From: Methanobacteriota archaeon
Lineage (GTDB): Archaea; Thermoplasmatota; Poseidoniia; Poseidoniales; Poseidoniaceae
DNA length: 64,000 bases
Assembly (NCBI GenBank): GCA_018691345.1
Contig: JABGTJ010000016.1
Location: forward strand, 125-64,124
Direction: 5' to 3'
The notes below the pieces were generated by a model, which was given only the letters and a program-made list of their open reading frames with translations, made no database searches and was not told the DNA's origin. Shown in pieces: positions 51,523 through 60,001 of the stretch. A program made the position numbers and the translations under genes. Each line of letters opens with the position of its first letter. Positions within the stretch are counted from its first letter, which is position 1.

Positions 51523-54048
51523 TCAACGGCCCATGACGGCCGCATGAACCTGACCTTGCACATCTCGCATCCTTGATTTGGCACCGAGTTCACGGAACAC
51601 TGCTAGCGCTCTTTGGAGGTATTCCATTCGACGGCGTTTGTCAGGTGCCACACCACCAAGCCGGGAAAGTAATTCTCCAATTTGCATACGCAAATCGTTT
51701 GCCTCGGCTATGACAAGTGCCTCGCGATAGTGTTCCATTGCGTCCTCTGCTCGTCCAGCATCTTGCAAGACTTCTCCGAGAAGAATAGTAATCTCGACCA
51801 GTGAAAGTAAATCGCCAGCTACACTCATTGTCTCAAGAGCGGTCGTATAGTGGTGGGATGCCACATCAGCATCGCCAACCTTGGCATAGTACCGGCCAAG
51901 AACTGCCTGTGCTCGTGCGTGAAGCAACACATCTTCACCGTCATCTGAGACTTCGAACGCTTGAATTGCGTGATCTCGGGCACGGTCAATTTCATCAAGT
52001 TCTAAGAAAGCACGTGCCAGTGTCAACTGAGTTCCAATCAATACGACACCGTCCGATTCATCGAGGATTTTTTCAACTTCTCCATATGCTTCCAGAGCTT
52101 TGGAAATATCATTTTTACGCCGGAGCAGATATCCCATGTTGTTGTATGAACGTGCGGCGCCCTTCGCATCACCGCATTCGATGAACTTCTCTAAAGCTTC
52201 ACGATGCATCCCCAATGCTTTGTCAGCATCACCTTGCTTGAGAGCAAGGTCAGCCAGTGCTGAATGGACTTCTGCCTTCAACCGAATGGCTTTCGAGTTC
52301 GGGTCCAGTTTAGCAATCGACACAAAGACTGCTTCTGCTTCAGAAAATCTACCAAGAAGTACGAGCAGTTCGCCGTGTAATTGTAGAACGCGCATATGAA
52401 TTGGCACATCCAATGAATCATAAGTCAAACCTTCCATCAATCCGAGTAGCTCCATATGGCCTTGCGCAATCAGTGCTCTTCCCTGTTCCGCAATGAGAAC
52501 TGCTGCCTCATCGCCTTTTCCAGAACGGATAAGGTGGAAGATGTGTTCAATCAAAACAGCAGGCGCTGAAGTTTGCTTCTCGTACCAAGTGCAACACTTA
52601 GCGTGAAACTCTTGCTTTGTACTTTCTTCAAGGCTTCGAACCAAAAATTCTCGAATCAAATCGTGTACATCGTAAAAATCCACATCCCCTTGACGGGCAA
52701 GGCCTTGTTCGACAAGGGTATCAAGTTCATCTGTATCAAGCCCTTGTTCAGCAAGGGCAGACAAATTGACTGGTTCACGGTATATGGCTAGAGCAGACAA
52801 GACACGTTTCTGTTCGGCACTCAACTTCGAAAAGATCTCAACCGTAACGTAATTCTCAAGGGTTTCGTGGAAAGCTCCTGCAGAAGCACCACGGTTAATC
52901 AACTCGAGAACCAAAGGGTGACCCCTCGATAACCCGTGAATATGGAGCCATTGTTCATCTCCCAAGTTCTCGAAACTGCTCAAGAGTTGACGTCCAGCAT
53001 CCGAATCAAGTCCATCGAGAGGAAGAACAAGGCTCGCAATTCGCCCTTCTGCGTCCTTGGTTGGAACAACAGGTTTGAATGAACGAGAGAAAATCACAAG
53101 ACCGATTTCCTCTTCACTGCCCAGCAAGGCGAGTGACATCGCTTGGAAGGTCTGATGCAGAGTGGTGTCAGCCACTTTGTGAAAGTCATCGATGACAATC
53201 AGGCTTGGTGTACCTTCCAAAGAGTCTACGAGTAGCCGTGCTGCATCAGCAGGTTGTGGAACGGGCGTAGCAGCCAAGTAGTCAGCAAATGTTGAATCTC
53301 CTATATTTGCCAACCAATCGGCAATCGATTCAAAGAACGAACGGGAACCTTCCCAATCTTGGCAACGATGATACAACAAGTTGCGTCGGTGCATGAAACG
53401 CTCGATCAATTTCGAAGCAATCGTCGTTTTTCCAATCCCGGCAATTCCGGGTATGAGAAGTGTTGTTGCACGAGCATCAATCAAATTCGCCATGTTATCA
53501 AGTTCTTTTTCCCGCCCATAGAAATGCCGTAGCCGTGGCAAATCACCAAGGGAAGTGACCAATTGCTTTTCCACATGCTTCGATAAATCTCGTTCAACTA
53601 AATCTGCAGACAGTGTACGGGTGTCGAGAACACAGTTGTCATCCATGTACCGAATGATGTCCACTGGTCGCATAGAAAATTCCAGATGGTCATTGATTTC
53701 TCCGAGTGTGGAATTTATAATCGCCCCGTCGTCCATAATGCTACGCAATTGGAAGTTACGCAGACGCCCCCAAGTATCTTCAGAGACATTCATTCCAGGG
53801 TCAGTGAGAAAATACGCCTTACGCTTACGAGATACGCCAGTTACGTGCGCTTGGCGTTCAATGAGCAAGCCCTGATCTTTGAGCCCTGCAATCGCCCGGG
53901 GGACATTCGAACGGGCAATCGCTACAGCGTTCGCAATCCCCATCTGCGAAAGAGCAAAAGGAACTTCGACGCTGTTTTTAAAATCTGAATAATCAAGAAG
54001 GTGCAGAAGTATTCGTTCTTGCACTCCTGGTTTAGGTTGAACAGACAT
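51523..54048 (-). CDS. wHTH + STAND/archaeal-ATPase P-loop NTPase + C-terminal TPR array (putative signal-sensing regulator)
   Basis: N-terminal wHTH (FALSQMGIANAVAIARSNVPRAIAGLKDQGLLIER). FYGREKEL...LLIPGIAGIGKTT is Walker A and LIVIDDFHKV is Walker B. The C-terminal ~350 aa carry TPR-like repeats (YNNMGYLLRRKNDISKALEAYGEV and others). The ATG at 54048 is preceded by GAGGTGA. Confidence 0.8.
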   Translation of the reverse strand: MSVQPKPGVQERILLHLLDYSDFKNSVEVPFALSQMGIANAVAIARSNVPRAIAGLKDQGLLIERQAHVTGVSRKRKAYFLTDPGMNVSEDTWGRLRNFQLRSIMDDGAIINSTLGEINDHLEFSMRPVDIIRYMDDNCVLDTRTLSADLVERDLSKHVEKQLVTSLGDLPRLRHFYGREKELDNMANLIDARATTLLIPGIAGIGKTTIASKLIERFMHRRNLLYHRCQDWEGSRSFFESIADWLANIGDSTFADYLAATPVPQPADAARLLVDSLEGTPSLIVIDDFHKVADTTLHQTFQAMSLALLGSEEEIGLVIFSRSFKPVVPTKDAEGRIASLVLPLDGLDSDAGRQLLSSFENLGDEQWLHIHGLSRGHPLVLELINRGASAGAFHETLENYVTVEIFSKLSAEQKRVLSALAIYREPVNLSALAEQGLDTDELDTLVEQGLARQGDVDFYDVHDLIREFLVRSLEESTKQEFHAKCCTWYEKQTSAPAVLIEHIFHLIRSGKGDEAAVLIAEQGRALIAQGHMELLGLMEGLTYDSLDVPIHMRVLQLHGELLVLLGRFSEAEAVFVSIAKLDPNSKAIRLKAEVHSALADLALKQGDADKALGMHREALEKFIECGDAKGAARSYNNMGYLLRRKNDISKALEAYGEVEKILDESDGVVLIGTQLTLARAFLELDEIDRARDHAIQAFEVSDDGEDVLLHARAQAVLGRYYAKVGDADVASHHYTTALETMSVAGDLLSLVEITILLGEVLQDAGRAEDAMEHYREALVIAEANDLRMQIGELLSRLGGVAPDKRRRMEYLQRALAVFRELGAKSRMRDVQGQVHAAVMGR

Positions 54049-54107
54049 ATTCTCACCTCGCCCTTTTCTACTCTTCAACACTTCCGCTCATGTGAGCAGA
54101 AAGTGCA

Positions 54108-57100
54108 TCACTGATCTGGTGTGTAGTTTGGATCTGGAACCCAGCTGTTGGACTCAGAATCCCATAGCCATCCGGGATGTTGCGAAGATTGAGGAGCTGC
54201 AGCAGGTTGAGCCGCAGCAGCGATGGGCTGAGCGGCCACCGGGGTTGTAGCAACAGCAGCAGATGGAATACTAACTGGGTCCTGACGAGCCTTGGCCCAA
54301 GCGTAAGGGTCTGCTGAGGAAGCCTCTTGTTCGGATTGAGCAACTTCATTGAGTTCATCCATGCCTTCATACTCAACCTGGAAAAAGAACATCCCTGCAC
54401 CAAGAAGCGCAATGACTCCAATCACTACAGCAACAATCAGCATGACGTTCGAATTCGATTCTGCGCCATCACTGATGCTGAGTTTGAATACAGCGTTACT
54501 GTTCTCACCAGGGGCGGTATAGACTTGGTCATCCATTTCAAAGATAATATTACTTGTACCTTCCATTCCGGAGAGTTGACTGCTGGAAATTTCCATGGTC
54601 CATGTTGCGTCTGCATTGACACGTGTTTGGTTAATTCGAACCCCTTTGAGGCTGTCAAATCGGGCTTCGACCAAACTATTGGGCAAGCCTTGACCGCTGA
54701 AGTACGCTGGTGAATCTGGTCCCAAAAGTCCAGTGTTATCTCGGACAACACTGAATGTCACTTCGACCACAACGACGTTGACCTTGTAGGAGTAGGCAAC
54801 TGAGTCGTAAGCATCACGAGCCACAAACATCAGGCCAACCAAGGACCATTCCGAGACTTCGTTCGAAAGTCCAGTCACATAGGCGGGGTCATAACTGACG
54901 ACACCCTTGTCAGAAAGTGTGAGATAATCGCCATAGAAGTCATCATCCAAGTTAGTAGGGTCATCGAAAATATCGAAACTCAGACCATTTGTCTTACCAT
55001 CATCGGCACCGTCTGCATCGGAGAAGTGTTCCATGAGGTCAATACTAATTCCACCGTTACAGCGGTCAAGTTTCGTAGGATTTGAGTCGCAGAACAAGGT
55101 GATTGTACTGGCCCACCCTGTCGAGTTGAAATCTGGCACGATGTTATCGGCGTCGGTTGGATTATCAATTTTTATTCGGATTCGCTCCTCGTTCGAAAAG
55201 TCCTTCCCGTCCCATGCCTTGATCACCAATTCATACTGTTGGTCGTGAATAAGGTCGGAGGTGTCCCATGTCGTGTACCAAGCACCGTTCGGTGCGAAGT
55301 TCGTTACCGGGTCTGGACCGTTGTTAATCGGCACGCCGCTGGCTAGATCAAAGATTGAGATTTCGACGCGAGTTACCAATCCATCGTTGTCAAGTGCGAC
55401 GCCTTGAATCAATTGCGTTTCACTGGCCCGGATAATGTCCGAATTCAAAGGCTCACTGAGTTGAACGAATGGAATGGCGTTGTCGGTGTTGATGTTGATG
55501 CTGCGAGTTTCATGTTCGCAATCAGTCCAACTGGATTTCGTATTACAAAAGTCACTGTCAGACGCCCAAATTCGGAAATCATACTGCCCTGTTTGCAACT
55601 CTTGGAAAATCCAATCGTATGCCCATGCAGTTGAACCTGATACATCGAAGTTCGCCGTGTAACCGTTCGGACCGTTGATGTCAAACCAAATCGAGTTGAT
55701 GTCGCTTCCCCATGTCCCGGTGTAAGGGTCGCTTGCTGTACCGGTAAAGGTCACTTTTCCAGTTGTGTGCGATGACCCGTCAGCGGGTGAATTCACCAGT
55801 GTGGTTGGAGCAACTAAGTTCAACTTGTATTTGCGAACTTCGACCGGGGAATAATCCAGACCGTCGTAGGAGCGTACACGGAATGTGACGTCACCTTCGC
55901 CTTCAGGATGAGCGGACAAGTCCCAATCGAACGACCATGTTTTGAACGGATGCACAGATTTGGTAATCATTCCGTTCGCTCCTGAGGTGTCCAGTGCTGA
56001 ATACCAATCCGTCGAGCCAGGTGGTTGGATTTCTACACGCTTGATGAGGCCAAATTGGTTCTCATAGGCGATTTGGTCCAAAGCATATGGGCCAGAGATT
56101 CCATCCCAAGAGCTACCACTAAGGGAAGCAGTTGTCGCAAAAGAGAATCCATCGTTTTGTGATACAGTAACACTCGGCTTCAAGTTCACAAGATTGATGA
56201 CATCATCAATTCCGCCACTGAGGACGAAATTGAAATCTTTTTGCCCCTTGCCGAACTTGTATGCTTCCACGGTGTAGAACGGAAGTTCACGGCCACCGGT
56301 ACAGTCTGCGTCCGCAGAGTCTACCTTGGTGTCGCCATCGTTATCGTATCCATCAGCACATGAGTTCTCATCGATGAAAATTGGATTTCCTTGAGCATCG
56401 GTTTCACCAGGAATTTGAACGTTGGTTTCGCCAACATTGTGGTTCCAGTTTCGGTCAAGCAAAAAGTCGGATGGGAGCGAAACTTCTGGTGTGAAACCAA
56501 AGGCATCGGTTGTGAGGGTGTAAAGTGGCAATCCAGATGCATCTCGGATAATGACTGTAGCGTCCACTACATTGCTGTTCTGTGCCTTCACTTGGTAACG
56601 GACAAGTTCACCTTCTCGAACTTGACTGCCCCATGCGGAGTTTTGGTTCTGCACATGAATCTTTGAGGAATCAAAGTTTTGTAAGTCGGCATAAGAGAAC
56701 ACGGTTGAGTTTTCAACGACCTCAAGAGCCAATGGCATGAACGCTGGTGGCATGATAGCAGTCGGAGGCACCTGCAAACACTCGTCGAGGACGTATGGGC
56801 ATTCAGGGCCAAGCCATTGAAGCGATACTGGGTATGAAAGCGAATCGTCGTTGCCGTCACCATCGTAATCGGTAGGAATCGCGTCGGGGATGTATTCCGA
56901 CTGTACAGTAACTCGTGATTCGGTAATGTTGTAGACCTGCGTTGCGTTGGTGTAAGTGTTCTCGGAGAAGTAAGCGATTGAACCGTACTTGTTACCGTAG
57001 TTATCGTCATACAGCGAGATGTTTGCAGCAAAGCCAGAAACTTCTATTGTGTTTCGTTGAGCGTTAACGATGCTTGCCTTGATTCGCATCCCATCTCCAG

Positions 57101-58529
57101 CGTTGTTCGTGACTGTATTATCGTACAGAGTCGCTGAGGACATGAACATGTGAATGGCAGGACACGCAAAGTCTCCGTCGTACATTTGGGAGTTGCATGT
57201 ACCGGTGTTGTTTGAAATTTGATTGTTCGCCAAATAGAGTCGAGAAGCAGTCGGTGTAGGTACGTTCCATCCTTGGTCAAGATAGTGGTACTCTCCTATG
57301 AGAACCGCTTCCTTTGCAGTGTCTTGGATGGTATTGTTTTCCGCAATGACATCGGATGTGCCGTAGATCCACAGACCGTTCCAACCGCCAATTGGGCCGA
57401 TAACGTTGTTGTTGGCCGTTACGGTGGATGAGCGAATACCAAAACCTGAACCTGCCGATGCACCCGAGATTATATTATCCTCTGCAACGACAATAGCACC
57501 GTCATAGGCAGTGATTCCCGAACCATCTGCAGTCGTAATGGTGTTGCGATTAATAATCAAGGTGTGGTCAATCGTACCGGTAACTTTGTGAGAATTGGTA
57601 TCAATACCACTGCATTTGACGTTAATCGTAGAGTCGGTAATCGAGCCGGAACTTTCTTTCATGAAGAAACCATAGGAATTGTCCTTAATGTCAAGGTATG
57701 AGAAGTCCACATATGAACTCTCAACATAGACCAGACTTCGACCGTCGTTACCACATTCAGCTTCCGTATTTCCGGTGAAAACTGAATTCGACACCTCCAT
57801 AGTTGCTAAAATTCCTGCACCTGCTCCATAAGCACGGACTGCTGCTGCATCGAATCCATTGCCGTCAACACCCAGTGTGAACGTTGAATCAGAAATGGAT
57901 GGCGCTGCGAGGTCTATGGCCATAATATTTGAAGTGTTGATATTAGCAAATGAAAGCCCTTGCGCTGTTGTCGTTGAACCGTCGAAAACAAGAGCACCAT
58001 ATTGCTTCCCACTCACTTGGTTTGTCTCAAATGGGTGACCGTAAGCGTTCTCAAAATGAGCGTACTTGATTGAGGTGATTGCTTGATCGATGGTCGAACG
58101 AATTATCATTCCCGAACCGCATGCAGTATCAGCGTTGTAGTTTGGATTATTGGTGTTGTTCGAATAGCACCGTCCTTGAACAGTGTAGTTCGTTGGTGTG
58201 GACCAGACAAACCGAGCTTGATTACCAGAGGAGCCGGAACTTGCACCACAAGCAGTGTCTCCGATACAGATTGCGCCTTCGACGTCGATGTAATATCCGT
58301 AAGGAATATTGATTACAGTACCAGCATTGACGATGAGTTTAGCACCTTCAGCAACTACAACGTCGCCGTTGAGGTTCATCGTACCTGTCCAGGTTTCAGT
58401 TCCAGAAATGATTCCGGACTTCGTTTCATTTACGGCAGATGCTGTAGGAATGGCGATTAGCCCAGTCAATGTTGAGAGCAAAAGGAGTGCAACCAACGAT
58501 ATGCTTTTGTGAGATGTTGTGTTCTTCAA
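54108..58529 (-). CDS. Giant membrane-anchored surface protein with an N-terminal right-handed parallel beta-helix (PbH1/NosD-like) region and Ig-like domains
   Basis: 1473 aa with a TTG start preceded by GAAAGAGG. Signal peptide (ISLVALLLLSTLTGLIAIPTASA). Repeated short N/G/T-rich turns typical of beta-helices (NNVIGPIGGWNGLWIYGTSDVIAENNTIQD, NTVTNNAGDGMRIKASIVNAQRNTIE). DGYDNDGDTKVDSADADC motif. A TM helix (VMLIVAVVIGVIALLGAGMFFF) is followed by a 90-aa tail. Confidence 0.85.
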   Translation of the reverse strand: MKNTTSHKSISLVALLLLSTLTGLIAIPTASAVNETKSGIISGTETWTGTMNLNGDVVVAEGAKLIVNAGTVINIPYGYYIDVEGAICIGDTACGASSGSSGNQARFVWSTPTNYTVQGRCYSNNTNNPNYNADTACGSGMIIRSTIDQAITSIKYAHFENAYGHPFETNQVSGKQYGALVFDGSTTTAQGLSFANINTSNIMAIDLAAPSISDSTFTLGVDGNGFDAAAVRAYGAGAGILATMEVSNSVFTGNTEAECGNDGRSLVYVESSYVDFSYLDIKDNSYGFFMKESSGSITDSTINVKCSGIDTNSHKVTGTIDHTLIINRNTITTADGSGITAYDGAIVVAEDNIISGASAGSGFGIRSSTVTANNNVIGPIGGWNGLWIYGTSDVIAENNTIQDTAKEAVLIGEYHYLDQGWNVPTPTASRLYLANNQISNNTGTCNSQMYDGDFACPAIHMFMSSATLYDNTVTNNAGDGMRIKASIVNAQRNTIEVSGFAANISLYDDNYGNKYGSIAYFSENTYTNATQVYNITESRVTVQSEYIPDAIPTDYDGDGNDDSLSYPVSLQWLGPECPYVLDECLQVPPTAIMPPAFMPLALEVVENSTVFSYADLQNFDSSKIHVQNQNSAWGSQVREGELVRYQVKAQNSNVVDATVIIRDASGLPLYTLTTDAFGFTPEVSLPSDFLLDRNWNHNVGETNVQIPGETDAQGNPIFIDENSCADGYDNDGDTKVDSADADCTGGRELPFYTVEAYKFGKGQKDFNFVLSGGIDDVINLVNLKPSVTVSQNDGFSFATTASLSGSSWDGISGPYALDQIAYENQFGLIKRVEIQPPGSTDWYSALDTSGANGMITKSVHPFKTWSFDWDLSAHPEGEGDVTFRVRSYDGLDYSPVEVRKYKLNLVAPTTLVNSPADGSSHTTGKVTFTGTASDPYTGTWGSDINSIWFDINGPNGYTANFDVSGSTAWAYDWIFQELQTGQYDFRIWASDSDFCNTKSSWTDCEHETRSININTDNAIPFVQLSEPLNSDIIRASETQLIQGVALDNDGLVTRVEISIFDLASGVPINNGPDPVTNFAPNGAWYTTWDTSDLIHDQQYELVIKAWDGKDFSNEERIRIKIDNPTDADNIVPDFNSTGWASTITLFCDSNPTKLDRCNGGISIDLMEHFSDADGADDGKTNGLSFDIFDDPTNLDDDFYGDYLTLSDKGVVSYDPAYVTGLSNEVSEWSLVGLMFVARDAYDSVAYSYKVNVVVVEVTFSVVRDNTGLLGPDSPAYFSGQGLPNSLVEARFDSLKGVRINQTRVNADATWTMEISSSQLSGMEGTSNIIFEMDDQVYTAPGENSNAVFKLSISDGAESNSNVMLIVAVVIGVIALLGAGMFFFQVEYEGMDELNEVAQSEQEASSADPYAWAKARQDPVSIPSAAVATTPVAAQPIAAAAQPAAAPQSSQHPGWLWDSESNSWVPDPNYTPDQ
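54111..54179 (-). other. C-terminal Trp-rich tail motif HPGWLWDSESNSWVPDPNYTPDQ
   Basis: Shares the GWxx[DE]...W core with the termini of the 4832-9802 and 35442-40856 proteins. An Ala/Pro-rich linker precedes it. Confidence 0.5.
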
Positions 58530-58593
58530 AATAGACGCCTCTTTCCATCCCTATTCTCACTACGAATATAATACTGCGCCTCTGATGACATTT

Positions 58594-58664
58594 TAAGAAT
58601 ATCATCAAGCCATTAAAATATCGCCAATGCGCATGTAAGAATATCAATACTTATTGAAAATATC
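58594..58664 (-). promoter_or_regulatory. Four phased copies of GATATTYT(N)A upstream of a TATA-like element of the beta-helix giant gene
   Basis: Read on the minus strand: GATATTTTCA (5-prime G at 58664), GATATTCTTA (58645), GATATTTTA (58622) and GATATTCTTA (58603). The spacing is 19/23/19 nt, giving a 42-nt imperfect tandem. A TATA-like TTATAT lies at about 58566-58571 and the start codon at 58529. Confidence 0.35.
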
Positions 58665-58723
58665 ACATTTTTATTCGACTTCAAACGCTGGAATGCAACT
58701 GCGTCGTGCATTTGATTCAATAT

Positions 58724-59944
58724 TCAGCAAGGTTGAGATTGAGATTCAAGAGAAGAATACCAAGCCATCGCCTGCAGTTGACCGTAGCCCCAACTGTCAT
58801 CATGTGTTGATGAATCGTCGTATTTTAGGGCGGAATTCATCAGTGCATTCTTGACGGCATCAATACATGAGCCATCTGAAGTCGAAGATGCCTTGTATTC
58901 CGGGAACGCTTCGAGTAGGAGCGAAAGGGCACCCGTTACAAACACGGTCGAATCGGATGTTCCACTGCTCGAGAACCATGTATCACCTACACCAGTGCTG
59001 ATGATGTTCTGACCTGGTGCGATGACTTCTGGCTTCATGTGCGGATGTTGCCGAAAATCGTCGTTCGGAAGAGTTTGCGAACCAGATGATGAATTGGCCC
59101 AAACCTTTTGCGACTCTGTTGATGCTCCCACTGTGATGACACGTGGCACATTGCCTGGCACTGACACCAAACCGTCATCCGCACTGCCACCATCGTTTCC
59201 CGCTGCAGCAACCACGAATATTCCAGAGTCAACAGCTCTCCGAACTGCAGAAACACTACTACCCTCTGTGTGCATTTCGACGTTTTGTTCTCCTCCAAGC
59301 GAGAGCGAGATGATATCGGCTTGGTATTCGTCTTGGCACCAACGAATGGATTGGGCGACGGTATCCTCTGAACCGCTGTTCATGTCATCCTCATCAGCAC
59401 CCAAGGCAGCAACCATCGCCAGATCTACATTCGGCGCAACACCGAGTTGGTGGTCATTTGAGACAAGAATGCCTGCCATCAGGGTCCCGTGAGCTACGTA
59501 TCCGTAGTCCACCGGTGAGGTTGATGCACCAATCATGTCCTTGAATGTGACTTGAAGATTCGAAAAAGCCGGGTTACTGAGGTCAATTCCAGTATCAACC
59601 ATACAGACACGAACGCCTTCGCCGGACAAGCCCATATCGGACAAATCCTCAAATTGAGACTGTTCGATGGCCCATTCCGATTTAGGTGGAGGTATTTCAA
59701 GGAAAAGCAACCCTGAATTCCACACATAGAGCATAACAATAACCAGTACTGAAAAAATGACACCGTTGGTTACGAGCATCTTCCGACTGCGCATGCGAGA
59801 AACGGGTACTGCTTGCATTGGAGCCCAACCAGTAACCTCTGAACGCCAATGGTTTTGATAGCCTACGGCGGATGAATCGATTACCGAAAGGATTCGCGAA
59901 TCATCCGGTTCCGGTAGAAGTTCCACGTTGTCGAGTCCTTCCAT
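58724..59944 (-). CDS. Membrane-anchored subtilisin-like (S8) serine protease
   Basis: N-terminal TM anchor (GVIFSVLVIVMLYVW). The triad contexts are VCMVDTGID, AHGTLMAG and SGTSDSTVFVTG. Confidence 0.85.
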   Translation of the reverse strand: MEGLDNVELLPEPDDSRILSVIDSSAVGYQNHWRSEVTGWAPMQAVPVSRMRSRKMLVTNGVIFSVLVIVMLYVWNSGLLFLEIPPPKSEWAIEQSQFEDLSDMGLSGEGVRVCMVDTGIDLSNPAFSNLQVTFKDMIGASTSPVDYGYVAHGTLMAGILVSNDHQLGVAPNVDLAMVAALGADEDDMNSGSEDTVAQSIRWCQDEYQADIISLSLGGEQNVEMHTEGSSVSAVRRAVDSGIFVVAAAGNDGGSADDGLVSVPGNVPRVITVGASTESQKVWANSSSGSQTLPNDDFRQHPHMKPEVIAPGQNIISTGVGDTWFSSSGTSDSTVFVTGALSLLLEAFPEYKASSTSDGSCIDAVKNALMNSALKYDDSSTHDDSWGYGQLQAMAWYSSLESQSQPC

Positions 59945-60001
59945 TGCTACGCCCCCTATGTGAGTTCATTCAGAACTCTGGATATAATGGGTTGTCTGAA
60001 A

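Noticed and set aside
51523-54048. Interpreting the STAND ATPase as an antiviral Avs-like defence gene.
   Set aside because: I did not adopt this as the primary call. The N-terminal module looks like a wHTH, not a nuclease or protease effector, and no other defence genes are nearby. It is retained only as an alternative in the finding.
58654-58854. 66-aa plus-strand ORF in or overlapping the AT-rich spacer and the 3-prime end of the subtilase gene.
   Set aside because: It overlaps the subtilase coding region on the opposite strand and has no supporting signals. The spacer is better explained as the promoter or regulatory region of the downstream giant gene.
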